A DNA stretch of 64,000 bases from Octopus vulgaris (GCA_951406725.2 OX597834.1:8804001-8868000), one strand, 5' to 3'; counted from the stretch's first letter, positions 11,972 to 25,694 are shown. The notes: generated by a model not told the origin, from the sequence alone. Program-made: numbers and translations.

Positions 11972-12852
11972 GTTCATCGTCCTTATACTACCCTTATTGA
12001 GGGGCCTTTTGATTGGGATGGGCTACTCGACGTGAAGAAAATTCTAACAGACTTCCATCTCCAAGTTCACGCGCTGTTTATCTTGATATGAGATCACCAT
12101 GTTACGCATATAAGTTTGTGATACAAGTGCCTAGTGTACCCTTATCAGACGGTTAGTCATAATGAGTATACTGGGCTTCGTTTATTTTACCCCAGTGTCA
12201 CCTTGATGGCATGCACTGCCCTCTTTCTCTCAATAATAATAATAATGATGATGATGATAATAAATACGCTGATACAGTTCCAGGCAGTGGCTATGCCTTG
12301 GTGCAGCTCCAGGCAGTGGCTCTTCTAGTTTCTGATCTTCACTGATTGGTAGTGTTATCATGTACATTGTTTTGTCTTGGTATAAAAGATAGGCTACAGC
12401 AAATATTCTGCTCAATACCACAGATTAGCTTGTCAGGTTTTTTTTTACCTTAACCAGTTGACTATATTCCTTAGTGGCTGGCGATATGTGCATCTCTGTT
12501 CACAAGCGGAAGTAGTTGGGTGTGGCATCATAGCCATGTGTTGAGAGGGATTCTTTGGGTTTTGAATAATTCGCCTCTGAAAACATGGGTGTTTCGTCCA
12601 ACATCCTTAAACAACTCTTATTCATGGACCTTTTTAGCGGGATGAGCTACTCGACCAGAAGTAAATTCTAACTGGTCCTACTTGTAAGGTCATGTGTTGT
12701 TTATCTTGATACGAGATCATCATGTCGCGCATATATATTTGTGATGCAAGTGCCTAGTGTACCCTTATCAGACGGGTAGTCATGATGGGTATATTGGGCT
12801 TCGTATATTGTACCCCAGTGTTACTTTGATGGCATGCACTGCTCTGTCACTC
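11972..12852 (+). mobile_element. Tandem pair of an (AAT)n-tailed non-coding retroelement (5'-truncated copy 11972-12231; longer copy 12263-12852)
   Basis: Both copies end 'ccccagtgt[c/t]ac[c/t]ttgatggcatgcactgc...ctc' followed by (AAT)n and share about 260 bp. Confidence 0.8.
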
Positions 12853-12880
12853 AATAATAATAATAATGATAATAATAATA

Positions 12881-14565
12881 ACAGATATTTATGGAGTAGC
12901 AGAGAATATGCGAAACTTTATATGGAATAGCATGAAATACTGGAGAATGGAGTTGACAGCAGGAAAGCACGGACTAGTAGAGGTGGAAATCAAGAGAAGA
13001 ATTTTCCAGAAGGACTGTGTGTCCCCATTCATATTCGTGCTGGGAATAACGCCGTTGAGTGAAATACTACAGAAGACATAGTTGGGGTATGATCTAGGAA
13101 AAGATAAGGGAAAACTAAACTACTTGCTATTCATAGACGACCTGCAACTGTTCACAAAAACTGAGGCAGAACTGGACAGCCAGGTCCAGCCTGCGGATTT
13201 TCTTCAGTTATATCAAGATGGAGTTTGGACTCCCAAAATGTGCTGCGATGGCGAAGAGATGAGGATAGTTTGTCAGGACAGCAGGTATATAGTTACCAAG
13301 TGGTGAAATGATTACGAGAGTTCAGCCAGCTATGAATATCTGGGAATACTTGAGACAGATGGAATCAAACAGCATGACATGAAGGAAAAGACAAAATAAA
13401 AATACACTACCTGTGGCGATTGGGAAAAATATTGGCTTCGAAGCTGAATGCCAGAAACAAAATTTCGGCAATAACGTCAGGCCCAGTCGCAGTAATTCGG
13501 TATGGCTCTGGAATTCTCAAGTGGACAGAGGAGGAGCTAAAGGGGCTGGACAGTAAGATAGAAAGTCTTCTACGAATGCATGGAGCCCATCATCCACGTG
13601 CAGACACTGATCCCCTGTACATGAAGAGAGCAAATGTAGGAAGGGGATTGATAAATGTGGGAGACTGCGTACGTATCGAACTCTTGAGTTTAATTAGATC
13701 CCTAGCCCAAAGTAAGGAAACCTTGTTAGGGACATTTACGAACAAAGGAGCATTGTGTGCAAAGAAAAAAAGGAAAACAAAAGAATACAAAAAGTACATG
13801 AAGAAGAATTACACATGAACGGAATACACAATAAAGTTCATGTAGCCACAAGAGAAGTTGCTGGAATAAATAGTGGGGATTGGCTGATGAAAGGGACCTT
13901 AAAAAAGGTACCGAAAGCACTATACTGGTAGTGCAGGACCAGTCTCTGGTCATGAACTGGAGGGTCAACCTGAGGTATGACCAATTGTGTCCGCTGTGAC
14001 ACATCTGCAACAAAGTGGATGAAACCATTGCCCAGATGACAAACGAATACTCTAGACTTGCCCAAGTTGTGGTGACAGGACCAAGTAATGAAAGTGTTAT
14101 ATTGGAAGCTGTGCGAAAAGTGGGAGTTAGCGAGAGGCAAGACGGAATGGGAACAATCGGCAGAGAATGGCAGAGTCGGAGGCTAGGAAAATTCTCCAAC
14201 GTTAAACCTGACCAGCAGAACGTCATAAAGGAATGGTAGCAAAAAAGACTGACTGTTACCTAGCTCAGATACCAGGAAACCCCAGAATGGCAGAATTTCA
14301 AAATTTAGTGCTCATCGGAACTGTCCATATTCTACGTAAAATACTGTCTGTGTTAACTCAAATTTTAAAATAAACTTCTTATGTTTACTTACTTATGTTT
14401 ACTTACATCTTATGTTTACTTAAACATTCTCTAGAACAATACGATGTACAAAACCAAATATATGACACTCTAGTCATAACATCAAATTGAACTTGCTGTC
14501 TCTTGAGGTCTCTGGGTGAAACTTGGAGTCAACTTGTAGAATTTCAAAGCAACAGTCAAACATAT
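12881..14565 (+). pseudogene. Decayed R4/Dong-clade non-LTR retrotransposon (RT C-terminal half, CCHC region, C-terminus, 3' UTR)
   Basis: Translated remnants: IKRRIFQKDCVSP (GIFQGDSLSP-like), LNYLLFIDDLQLF, VIRYGSGILKWT, HHPRADTDPLYMKRANVGRGL, KGTESTILVVQDQSL, KVLYWKLCEKW and QNLVLIGTVHILRKILS. Stops and frameshifts present; flanked by (AAT)n on both sides. Confidence 0.85.
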
Positions 14566-14868
14566 TATAATAATAATAATAATAATTATTATTATTATTA
14601 TAATAATAATAGTAATAGTAATAATGATAATAATAGTAATAATGATAATTATAATAATAATAATTATTATTATAATGCTAATAATAGTAATAATGATAAT
14701 TATAATAATAATTATAATAATGCTAATAATAGTAATAATGATAATTATAATAATAATAATAGTAATAATGATAATAATAGTAATAATAATGATAATAATA
14801 GTAATAATAGTGATAATAATAGTAATAATGAACATAATAATAATAATAATAGTAATAATGATAATATA
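14565..14868. repeat. Degenerate (AAT)n array with higher-order units (aatagtaataatgat)
   Basis: Seen directly. Confidence 0.95.
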
Positions 14869-15359
14869 ATTGTACATGTGTACAGATTTCTCTGCATGAT
14901 AGTTATAACATATGACCTGGACACAGGGGACAATTATCTGATGGTTTTCATTTGCATAAGTTATTTCCAGAATGGTATTTGTATGTAAATCGAGCGCAAT
15001 ATGTGAAACAAGCCGACAGCAAATTCATTTTTAATACCATCTTCGCACAACCAACCACGCAAATATTGGAAAGGAATTAACTCTAAACCGCGGTTTTATT
15101 GAAATGCGCTTTCCAGACGATCTCTGCAAAATTTTTCTCTTTCGTTTTCCCGGATATGCAGTCATATAAAAAAAAAAATCTTCAGCGAATGTCGTTGCCC
15201 TCAATGTATCTCAATAAAGGAAGTCTGTTCTCGGTCTGGGAAATAAATTGTGGGTGTAATTTAAAAGTGTGAAAGCCGTTTCGGGTAAATATGCCCGTAT
15301 TTATATTGGCGTGTATGCATGTGGAAACAAGTGTGCATGCCTTCGTATATATGTTTCTT

Positions 15360-15395
<36 letters not shown>

Positions 15396-15414
15396 GGGTA
15401 AAAATAAACATGTG

Positions 15415-15465
<51 letters not shown>

Positions 15466-16206
15466 GTGTGTAAACACACACACATACACATGAACGTACG
15501 CAGAAAGTTAGGTTGGCATATATATATATATATATATATATATACATGTGACCGCGTGTGTACCTTGTATATATATATAAGGTTTTTGTAAGCGCAGTGA
15601 TTTCGAAACATCACTTATATTGGAAGACATTTCTCAATTCTATCTCGCTGTGCGTTTTAACTAAGACGGGGTTTATTGAGATCTGAGCATCTTAACTTCT
15701 CAGTCATGTTTCAATATCCACACCAATCTTCAGTGCCGAGAATACAGGTCTTTGCTTCTCTCATTATATATGTTCTGTTCTGTATATCTGCCTTGTGTAT
15801 ATGTATACGTTTGTTTCTCGACATCTAAATATGCATCTTCATTTTATCCGAATTACAAAAGCTCACAGCATGTCTGCAAATACATCAGATCATAGCCATA
15901 CTCTTTTGTCGTTTCTCCCCTATATATTTTTGTTTTCCTTTTTCATCGTCGCATATTAAACTATAATAGTGCGGCGTAACGGCATGACATCATGGAATTG
16001 CTAATCCGTTTCTCCTCCCCATCCGTTTAGCCACCACCGTATCCTAAATTCGGCGGCAACAAGAACACGAAGAACGACTGGTTTCCAATATTAATGTGAA
16101 CCCATGTAAACCATTCACTCTCTTTCTGTATCGTAATTTATTTCTGAACACGTAGCGAGTGATCCGTCTTTGCATAATTATTTCTTTATTTTCTCTCTCC
16201 TCGCAG

Positions 16207-16257
16207 CGTACACGAATTGTTTTGACGTATCAGCCTGCGTGTTAAGCGATTCAAATA
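16207..16257 (+). other. Candidate 51-nt spliced exon
   Basis: Preceded by the polypyrimidine acceptor 'tttctttattttctctctcctcgcag' and followed by the donor 'gtaagc'. One frame is open (YTNCFDVSACVLSDSN). It lies in apparently unique sequence; no homology recognised. Confidence 0.25.
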
Positions 16258-16757
16258 GTAAGCCTTTAGCTCTCTTCACAGACACTACCTTTGTAATGCA
16301 GATAGCATTTAAAAATCTTTTACTTGTTTTTGGTTAGCATCCCATTTGATAGTTTAATTTTTTTTATTCATATTTACTTTTGTTATTTTGTTTCTATAAT
16401 GGACCAATTCTCAGATCTATATAGGCGAATTAATATTAATAAGCTGTTGAAATCTATTTGTGTCTGTGTCGAGTGATAATGTATCATTTCTCTGAACATC
16501 ATCAACACCATAGAAAAACCAACGTAGATTCATGTAAATCTTTGCTTTTAAGCTGGAAGATATTTTCCCATAAATATTAAAAAGCCGACAGGAGTGTTGA
16601 ATGGCGGATTGGGTAGACTGTCAGATGGAATGCCTCGTGGTATGACGTTAGGTGCTTTTTACGTTGCATATTCCAATCCGGAGAAGATTGACCTTGTCTC
16701 ACATTCATCCGGAGGTGATCGAAATACTAAGCTAGACGTGTATATGCAAAATTGCAT

Positions 16758-16809
<52 letters not shown>

Positions 16810-16924
16810 ATGTGTGTAGATACATAGATCCGTGTTTATAAAGATGCAAATATACATTGACGTATATATGTCAACGTTTATACTGGCATGTTCATATATA
16901 CACGAAGAAATGTATCGGTATGCC

Positions 16925-16963
<39 letters not shown>

Positions 16964-17240
16964 ATATATATATATATATGTGTGTGTGTTTATATATATA
17001 TATATGTGTGTGTGTTTATATATATATATATATGTGTGTGTTTATATATATATATGTGTGTGTGTTTATATATATATATGTGTGTGTGTTTATATATATA
17101 TATATGTGTGTGTGTTTGTATATATGTGTGTGTGTTTGTATATATGTATATATGTGTGTGTGTTTGTATATATGTATATATATGCATATATAGATATGTA
17201 TATATGTATGCATGTATATATATATATATATATATATACT
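16925..17240. repeat. (TA)n/(TG)n compound microsatellite
   Basis: Seen directly. Confidence 0.95.
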
Positions 17241-18279
17241 CTTATATATAATCTATGTTTGTATATGTGGAGTTACTTCGTTTTTCTGTATGGCTGTAAG
17301 TGATTGACGGTGTTTGGAACTTTTACCAGTTTTTATCTGCAAAAGAATTAAGCATCGGCGTGAAATCGGAAAAAAATCAGCAATCTTTGATATCTGTTAG
17401 AGAGTTTGTACTGCGTTACATGACAAACACTCCATTATCGACCTCGCTGTCAGAAACACAATGAAACTGAATGTGACCCGTGGAAAACCTGTAACTAACG
17501 ACGCTATTGTTCACAATATACGATATGAACGAAATAAAATAATCATGTTCGAAAGTTGATTTATCCACATCCCTCTCCACTCTCAGCTCTCGTTGTAGTA
17601 CAATTGTTACACTGATTCTTATTTAATATTAAATATCCTTCCAAAATACATGTACGCTGGCGAAGACCTTTAAACATTTATCTTCATCTCTCTGGCTTCT
17701 CATTTATAATTCCTTCGGAAAATAAAATCGATTTTCTGCATCATGATACCATAAAGACGATTAGCGTACGTCTATTTATTTATTTATATATTAAAATATT
17801 TATTTAATTCAGAACAGCATAAGTCAACAATAGTTTTCGACGATTACAGGTTTCTAATGGGCTAATCTCTGGTTTACTGTGTGTATGTCGGTGTTAGATA
17901 TTAAAATGTTCTCTAATTCAATGGGAAACCAACATCGTAAGGGGATAAATGAGTAATCAGCGGATTTTATGATTATCAGCATTGATTCTATGTTTTCTCT
18001 GATAAAGATCGTTGTAAATTTCGCACCTCGGCCTATATAGAGACAGAGGCTGATACACGGACAAACCCCAACACCTATGTATGTACATTTGTCTCCCCAC
18101 TCTCTCCCTTCCCTTCTCTCTCTCTCTCTCTCTCTCTCTGCAAATATATATATGCATGTGTGTATGTGTGAATGTGTGTGTGTCTCTGTGTGATTATAAA
18201 TGTGTCTACATATATATATGGACACACATATATGTATATATTTTACATACATGAATAAATTATATATTTATACATATAT

Positions 18280-18408
18280 ACGGGTGTGTGTATGTGTCTG
18301 TATGTGTGTGTGTGCATATATATATATATATATATGTATGTATATATATGTATATATATGTATGTATATGTATGTATATGTATGTATATGTATGTATATA
18401 TATGTATG

Positions 18409-18441
<33 letters not shown>

Positions 18442-18466
18442 GTATATGTATGTATATGTATGTATG

Positions 18467-18502
<36 letters not shown>

Positions 18503-18846
18503 TGTATGTATATATATATGTATGTATGTATATATATATATATGTATATATATATGTATGTATATATATATGTATGTATGTATGTATATATGTATGTATG
18601 TATATATGTATGTATGTATATATGTATGTATGTATATATGTATGTATGTATATATATATGTATGTATGTATATATATATGTATGTATGTATATATATATG
18701 TATGTATGTATATATATATATGTATATATATATGTATGTATATGTATGTATATGTATGTATATGTATGTATGTATATGTATGTATGTATGTATGTATATG
18801 TATGTATATGTATATGTATGTATATGTATGTATATGTATATATGAA

Positions 18847-18880
<34 letters not shown>
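18280..18880. repeat. (TATG)n/(TA)n microsatellite
   Basis: Seen directly. Confidence 0.95.
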
Positions 18881-18885
<5 letters not shown>

Positions 18886-18919
18886 AGAGATCTATTCACA
18901 CATACAAGTGCGTTTGGTG

Positions 18920-18957
<38 letters not shown>

Positions 18958-19198
18958 CAGAAAATGTAGAACACTTTTCATCCACCAATAAATTGAAGCA
19001 AGCCACATCTGATTATTTAAATTTGATTCCTGATAAAAAATGTTTATACTGTTGTTACCTGTACCCTATAAGCATAGTGTGCCTGCATACGCATGCCCTG
19101 GGTTTGAACTGGTAACTGATACCAATAGTAAATACTCATACTTTTATCCCTCAGTCGTTTACTACAACAAGTAACTCTGCTTACCAATATATTTATAT

Positions 19199-19230
<32 letters not shown>

Positions 19231-19264
19231 TTGTGTGCATTTTGTATGTGTGCGTGTATCTTTT

Positions 19265-19465
19265 TCTTGTTCCCCAATTAACTCTTCACAACCGGTGTGA
19301 GTGTTTTTACGTCCCCGTAACTTAGTTTCTCAGCATGAGAGGTCGTTCGAATACGTACCTCACCTCAAAAAAGTCCGATCGGTAGATTCGTTCGACTGAA
19401 ATGTTCCAAGGCGCTGCCTCGGCATGGCCGTAATGTAATGACTGAAACAAGTTAAAGATAAACGA
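19265..19465 (+). mobile_element. SINE family A 3' half, diverged
   Basis: 'tttacgtccccgtaacttag...ggcatggccgtaatgtaatgactgaaacaag'. Confidence 0.7.
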
Positions 19466-19535
19466 TAAGTTGCCTTATTAACAATACAATGTAGCTCTGT
19501 CTTTCTGCTGCAGAGACACCAGATACACATATCGT

Positions 19536-19947
19536 GGATCTTTTCGGTTTGAACGGCAGTTTTTAAAATAATTTCTAAGTAACTAGAAAATTTTAAACTT
19601 CGTATACTGGTAGAATGTGTTTATAAAACACCTTTTCCTCTTGGCTCTATTGAGAAAATTCTATAGTTTGTAAGATATTTGTTGTTTTTTTCTTCAATTT
19701 CTGCAATTTCAACCAATCACTGACATCCATTGAGGTAAACAACATTCTGTGCCGTATGAATATGTCCCTCGTTTAAGAAACAGATTGGGTTTATTTACAT
19801 TTGTGAAGAAAAAAAAGATTCCCTTTTCCTCCACCCCTAACCCTAAAATAGATTGAAATGCAATAGATCGATACTAGGGTCATAATTATGGGTGACAATT
19901 TCATATGACACCGCTAGAAAAAACTGCCGTTCAAACCGAAAAGATCC
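19536..19947. mobile_element. Intact MITE (412 bp) with 30-bp perfect TIRs and an 8-bp TSD; Merlin-like termini
   Basis: TIR ggatcttttcggtttgaacggcagtttttt / aaaaaactgccgttcaaaccgaaaagatcc. TSD CATATCGT at 19528-19535 and 19948-19955. Confidence 0.92.
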
Positions 19948-20719
19948 CATATCGTAGTAAGTGTTTGTGATGTGACTTCAAACGTCTTATTTTGCGTAGG
20001 AACGTTAGAGTGCAAACGCAGCAAATTAGATTACACCTCGTGTGCGCGCAAACACACGCACACACACATCCATACACACGTGCATGCACATAATACAAGC
20101 ACACACATAAACGCGCACAGACGTACACGCACATTATTTTATGTGTAACGAAATGGAAGCTTGTCCTTCAAGTAAACATCCTGGCATCGTGCTACAGAAG
20201 GACACCTGAAACTTAATAAACTTTCGTTTCACTGTGCAAAATCATCTGAAGCATATTATGGATATGTGTAGGGAAGCGATGTGTGTATTTCATTAACTGT
20301 TCCACAAGATAGAAGGACAGCTCTGATACCCCAAGGGAAAACGGGTACATGAAGATGGGAAACTCCATACTAAGTCGACTGAGCACCATCTGTTTTACAT
20401 TCACTGTAGTCATTAGAATATTTTGCTCATAAAATACTTTCAAAATTACTGAAGATGTCGAAACAGAACTTCAAATATGTTTTCTCGTCCGAAAAACCTG
20501 ATTTTATTTTGCCATGAACAAGAATACTGTTTCCGTGTTGAGCAAATGTCCTTATTATATATATTTACGTCACGTATTAATCTGATTTGAATTCAGTAAA
20601 TGAAATGCAAACTTACTCTTCCCTGTTCCTAATGTTTGCAACAGATTAATTCATAATCCCTTTCGATAAACCGCATGAAAACAAAATACATGCGGTCTGA
20701 AAATCCTAGTGAATTGCCG

Positions 20720-21230
20720 AATATTAATGCGAAGCTATGAAATCGAAGAGTTAAGAAGGTACGTCTACTTGAGATATGAAGTGAATATGCAAGAATTTGA
20801 CGCCAAAATCGCAAAACGAATAAGGGTAGGATGCACGGCACATTCTGCAATAAGAGATGTGCAGAAAGCCAAGCTGGATCAGACTATACCTGCCAGATTC
20901 TGCAAAACGTCCTCATATCAGAACCCCTATTCGCAAGTGCGTCGTGAGCTATTACTAAGAATGATTAATATCGATCGGCTATGATGCAAAGGGCCATGGA
21001 ATGACGCCTGTTAAGAATATCATTTCGAGAATATATTCGATTTGATAAAATTCGATGAGTGGCACTAAAAATTGATCACAGAATTCTGAACGTAGAATTT
21101 TTTCTGGGCTGGATATGTCGCAGGGTTCATGCACAACAAGCGGAAAGATAGGAAAAGGCTACTTGGAATGTTTTGTATACGATAGGAAGAAGATTTAGTG
21201 AAGCGATTCGGGACATGGAAGAGAATCATA
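20720..21230 (+). pseudogene. Decayed RTE-clade LINE fragment
   Basis: EIEELRRYVYLRYEVNM..IAKRIRVG (YVYLGQEVNM..EIxRRIRAGW-like), MQRAME*RLLRIS and FWAGYVA (WAGHVAR-like). Confidence 0.7.
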
Positions 21231-21426
21231 TAATCAAAAAATAATTTGCGTGGACTGTGACCTACGATATATAAAATCGGATAATCTGGTCGATATAATG
21301 ATATTGATATATGCGTGAGTGTGTGTGTGTGTGTATAGATAGATACATACATACATACATATATACATACATACATGGAAACTTACATACACACATGCAT
21401 ACATACATACATACGTACATGGATAC

Positions 21427-21457
<31 letters not shown>

Positions 21458-21511
21458 CATACATACATACATACATACATACATACATACATACATACAT
21501 ACATACATACA

Positions 21512-22326
21512 TAGGAGTTCGTATCACAACGTCCTCGGACTAGATCTGTAGCGCCTCACTAGATAGCGGCATGCAGTTGCGTGCATTGTGAGAGCAAGCA
21601 GTGAATTTATGAGGCGGTGTTCTGAGTCACAACGCTCCCGGTTTACTTACATCGCATGTTCTGAAGTCTGTGAACTAAGAGGCAATGTGAAATTTTGCGT
21701 TAAAAGTGGCAAGTCTGCTACAAACACATTGAGAATACTTCGACAAGCTTATTACGACGAGGCAATGGGTTGTATGCAAAGCTTCGAGTGGCACGAGCGT
21801 TTCAAACATTGAGCGATAGGGAATGTAGTATCGTACATTGTGGATTTGTCCCTCTGGGCCAAACCGTCAATCGAAAGATCTACTGTAATGTATGGAACCG
21901 TTTGAGGGTGGACAGTCAGCGAAAGCAACCGGATATGTGGAGCGCGAATTATTGGAATCTTAACGAGGGCATTGCACTATTTTCACGTGCTAACATCACT
22001 CGTGAGTTTCTTGCCCTAAAACAACACAATGTCGCTTCGCGCCCGCCCTACTCTCCAGATTTCGCCATTGCGGACTTCCATCTCTTTCCCAAGATAAAAA
22101 TGCAGCTCAAACTTCACCGTTTTAATACCAGAGCGAATGGCAGAAGGTCCTCGACTAGCTTACGCAAGTCTACTTCCCGCCCGGATTCCAAAAGTGGCAT
22201 GAACGTTGGGACCAGTGTTTTGTTACTCTAGGTGACTATTTCGAAGGCTTTGATGCTAAATTTTAGGTAAATAACTTATCTTTTATGAAACACAACTAGT
22301 CTAGTAACCGTTTGATGCCACGTCGT
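21512..22326 (+). mobile_element. Internally deleted mariner element
   Basis: N-terminal HTH (NVKFCVKSGKSATNTLRILRQAYYDEAM..FEWHERFK) joined to a catalytic-domain remnant (VHCGFVPLGQTVN..PPYSPDFAIADFHLFPKIK). Degenerate TIRs at both ends. Confidence 0.88.
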
Positions 22327-23184
22327 CGATAAATCTACTGATGTTAAGTATATAAAATTATTTTCTGTGTGGATTGATCACAAATTATTTTTTCCAAGCT
22401 GATACAATCTCTGCAAAACATAGTCAGATCGAAAATCTCAAACACGCTATCTTTCCTTGTTTTACACTGACGCCTGATAAACTCGGTCCTATAAATCGAA
22501 ATAGATCAGGTGCATGATAGACATCTTAGTTTACGTTGGGTCACCATTATTTATGTGTTTTTATTTTATTTACGTATCTTATTTTATTTATTTTATGTCT
22601 TTCGCTGTTCGAGATTTAATAAAATACATAAACATGATATGCTGCAATTTATATTATCTGTATAGTTTCTCCAACAAAATATTGACCGTGTTTTCATTAA
22701 AATAAATCCAACTTAAAACCATTATCCTCTATACCGAAAATAGAAAATATCTCCCGTGTGGCTGGATATTTCATTCTCACATAAAATAATAAAACACTGT
22801 TATTAGCCACAAGATACATTAAATTGTTTTCACTATTTTAATGTGGAGTACAAGTATAATCTGTAGCTTATGGCCAGTGCTATAAAGAAAGGAATATATT
22901 TCCCGAAGGGCAGTCAACAACGCTGCGATAGTTTCTGGTGGTACTTATTTAATGCGCTTTATAACACTTAAATCTATGGGAAAGGCATAAATGTCACATA
23001 TTTCTATTTGTTCATCCTAAAACTATCAGCCTAAAATCAATACTTTTTTTTATATACTTCAATATCTGAAATTAGTAAATCAGTAATTTTACCCCTATAT
23101 TGATTTAATTTACTACAGAGATTGGATATGTTATACAGCAATTTGTGTATTTCTGCTCTCGATAGATCTAAAAACCCATTTTTA

Positions 23185-23258
<74 letters not shown>

Positions 23259-23379
23259 CAATAATTTATCAGAAACATCGTCGTTTGTTATAATCTGGCT
23301 GTAGATCTATCACAGATGTGAAGAACTTTGAATAATAAACTTTTTAACACACAGCCATACATTCGCAAATATTAAGTTT

Positions 23380-23592
23380 CAAATATTGGCACAAGGTCAG
23401 CATATTCGGAGGAATGGGTCCGTCTATTACATCTACCCCCAGTGCTCAAATGTTACTTATGTTATCGACCTCGAAACGACGAAATACAAAGTCGATCTCG
23501 ATGGCATCATTTGAAATCAGAACGTACAGCCGGATGACAAGTCACTTAGCATCTTGCTGTGCGTGGTAACTATTCTGCCAACTCGTTGCCTT
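23380..23592 (-). mobile_element. Old SINE family B-related copy
   Basis: 'ttatcgacctcgaaacgacgaaatacaaagtcgatctcg...tttgaaatcagaacgta...ttctgccaactcg'. Confidence 0.7.
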
Positions 23593-23662
23593 GAATGCCT
23601 GCTCAAATATTAAAGAATGTACACTAAGAATATATCTGGACAGGAGAGGCTAAGAATATATA

Positions 23663-24203
23663 GGCGCAGGAGTGGCTGTGTGGTAAGTAGCTTGCTAACC
23701 AGTCACATGGTTCCGGAGTCCCACTGCGTGGCACCTTGGTCAAGTGTCTTCTATTATGGCCTTGGGCAACCAAAGCCTTGTTAGTGGATTTCTTAGACGG
23801 AAACTGAAAGAAGCCCGTCGTATATGTATATATATATATACATACATACATACATACATATATATATATATATGTGTATATACATATATGTATGTGTGTA
23901 TATATATGTATGTATATATATATATATATGTATGTATAACTATATATGTATGTATAACTATATACGTATGTATGTATGTGTATATGCTTGTGCGTCTGTG
24001 TTTGTCCCGCCAAAATCGCTTGACACCCGATGGTGGTGTGTTTAGGTCTTCGTTACCTAGCGGTTCGGAAAAAGAGAAAGATAGACTAAGTACTAGGCTT
24101 ACAAAGAATAATTCTTGGAGTCGATTTTCTCGACTAAAGCTGTACTCCAGCATAGCCACAGTCAAATGACTGAAACAAGTAAAAGAGCCAAAGAGTAAAA
24201 GAG
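23663..24203 (+). mobile_element. Full-length SINE family A with expanded internal microsatellite
   Basis: Head 'ggcgcaggagtggctgtgtggtaagtagcttgc', CORE-like 'accttggtcaagtg', and tail 'cagtcaaatgactgaaacaagtaaaagag'. Confidence 0.9.
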
Positions 24204-25209
24204 GACAGTGATATATGTATTGGTCCTGCTTTTATACCGTAGAAGATATCACAAAGTTAGTATTACGCCTGAAATGCAATATTGTACTCAGATAACGCAA
24301 TATCCGATTCGCCCATCATTATACAGGGTTCTCTATTCTGTTTCTCTAGCGCCTTTGAAGTGTTTCTTTATTCATATGAACTTTCCACATTGAATAGCAT
24401 TACACATATTTCTTTACACTGAAAAGCCGAATTCAGACAAATGATTTATCAGTTTCTGCTACCGAAGCTGCCTGACTGGCAAAATAAAATTTTCTATCTA
24501 TCATCTTATAGAAACACAACCTATTTGAACTACAAGTCTGCCTGTATTATAACCCCAAATATTTCAACTTACATGTATTTCTCAAATGTATCATTTCGCA
24601 ATTTAGGGATCCGCTTACGCAAGCCTTGAGCACAGTTTGTTTCTATCCGATGTATAAGCAAGAACAATTTCATTTAATTTATAATACATATGCCGTTCAT
24701 CGAATATAATACACTATGTATTCTATTCAAGAAAAAAAAAAACATATTGAACACATATGGAAGTTTCTTTGAGATACTGTTGTCTGGAGAGAGTCATTCT
24801 CTTTTAGTGCCTTATAATTTAATACCCTCACCGGTAAAATTTCCATTTATTTCTTATTTTTATTTTCTAAAATTTTCGTTGCGTCTTGCAACCTTTTCAA
24901 TAGTCTTGACTCTGTCCGTTATCTACACTGCGTTCCCTTTTGTTTGTTTGTTTGTGCGCATGTGTGTATATCAGTGTGTTTGCCTATACATGTACGTACG
25001 TATGTTTGCATGTACGTACGTACGTGTGTTTGCATGTACATGTACGTGTATGTACATGTACGTTGCATGTATGTTGCATGTACATGTACGTACGTACGTA
25101 CGTGTTTTTGCATGTGTATGTATGTATATATGTGTATGTATGTATGTGTGTGCATCTGTATGTGTGTGTGTGTGTGTGCATGTGTTTGTATATGTATGTA
25201 CCTGCCTCC

Positions 25210-25244
<35 letters not shown>

Positions 25245-25510
25245 GTAACTATGTACCATGTTTGTATGTATGGATGTGCATCTTTATGTGTGGATCCGTG
25301 TCTCCCTATGTGTCTGTTCTTGTAACCTATGTACCTATCCGTCTGTATGTTGATCTGGTTATTTACATATCTAAATGCTTACATACAGAAATAAAATCTT
25401 TGAGATTTTTTAAACTCCTAAGTTTTGCCATGGGCTCTTAGGAGCCTCGTTCGATTTGTTTTACTCCGCCTCTGTTCTGTTTTTGTTTATTCCAACGGAT
25501 TTCCTATTTC

Positions 25511-25590
25511 TTCCTGAAGAGAAAGACACAATATGGTCTCATTATTCAATCGGAATTTGGTAAATTGTGCCTTTCGAAACACGTGTAGAA
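25511..25590 (+). ncRNA. Type I hammerhead ribozyme motif, intact core, palindromic stem III
   Basis: ttc CTGAAGA gaaagacacaat...attgtgcctttc GAAA cacgtg TA gaa. Confidence 0.8.
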
Positions 25591-25640
25591 TGCAATAAAA
25601 CGATTTCTGTTCAATCTTCGTTCAACTCCATTTCTTCAAT

Positions 25641-25694
<54 letters not shown>

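Noticed and set aside
14482-14988. Poly-Ile / poly-Asn ORFs
   Set aside because: Translations of the (AAT)n array.
16832-18954. YI/CV/MYV-rich ORFs
   Set aside because: Dinucleotide and tetranucleotide microsatellite artefacts, as are similar ORFs throughout the track.
19853-19866. Interstitial telomere (ccctaa)2
   Set aside because: Only two units, and part of the MITE body rather than a telomeric array.
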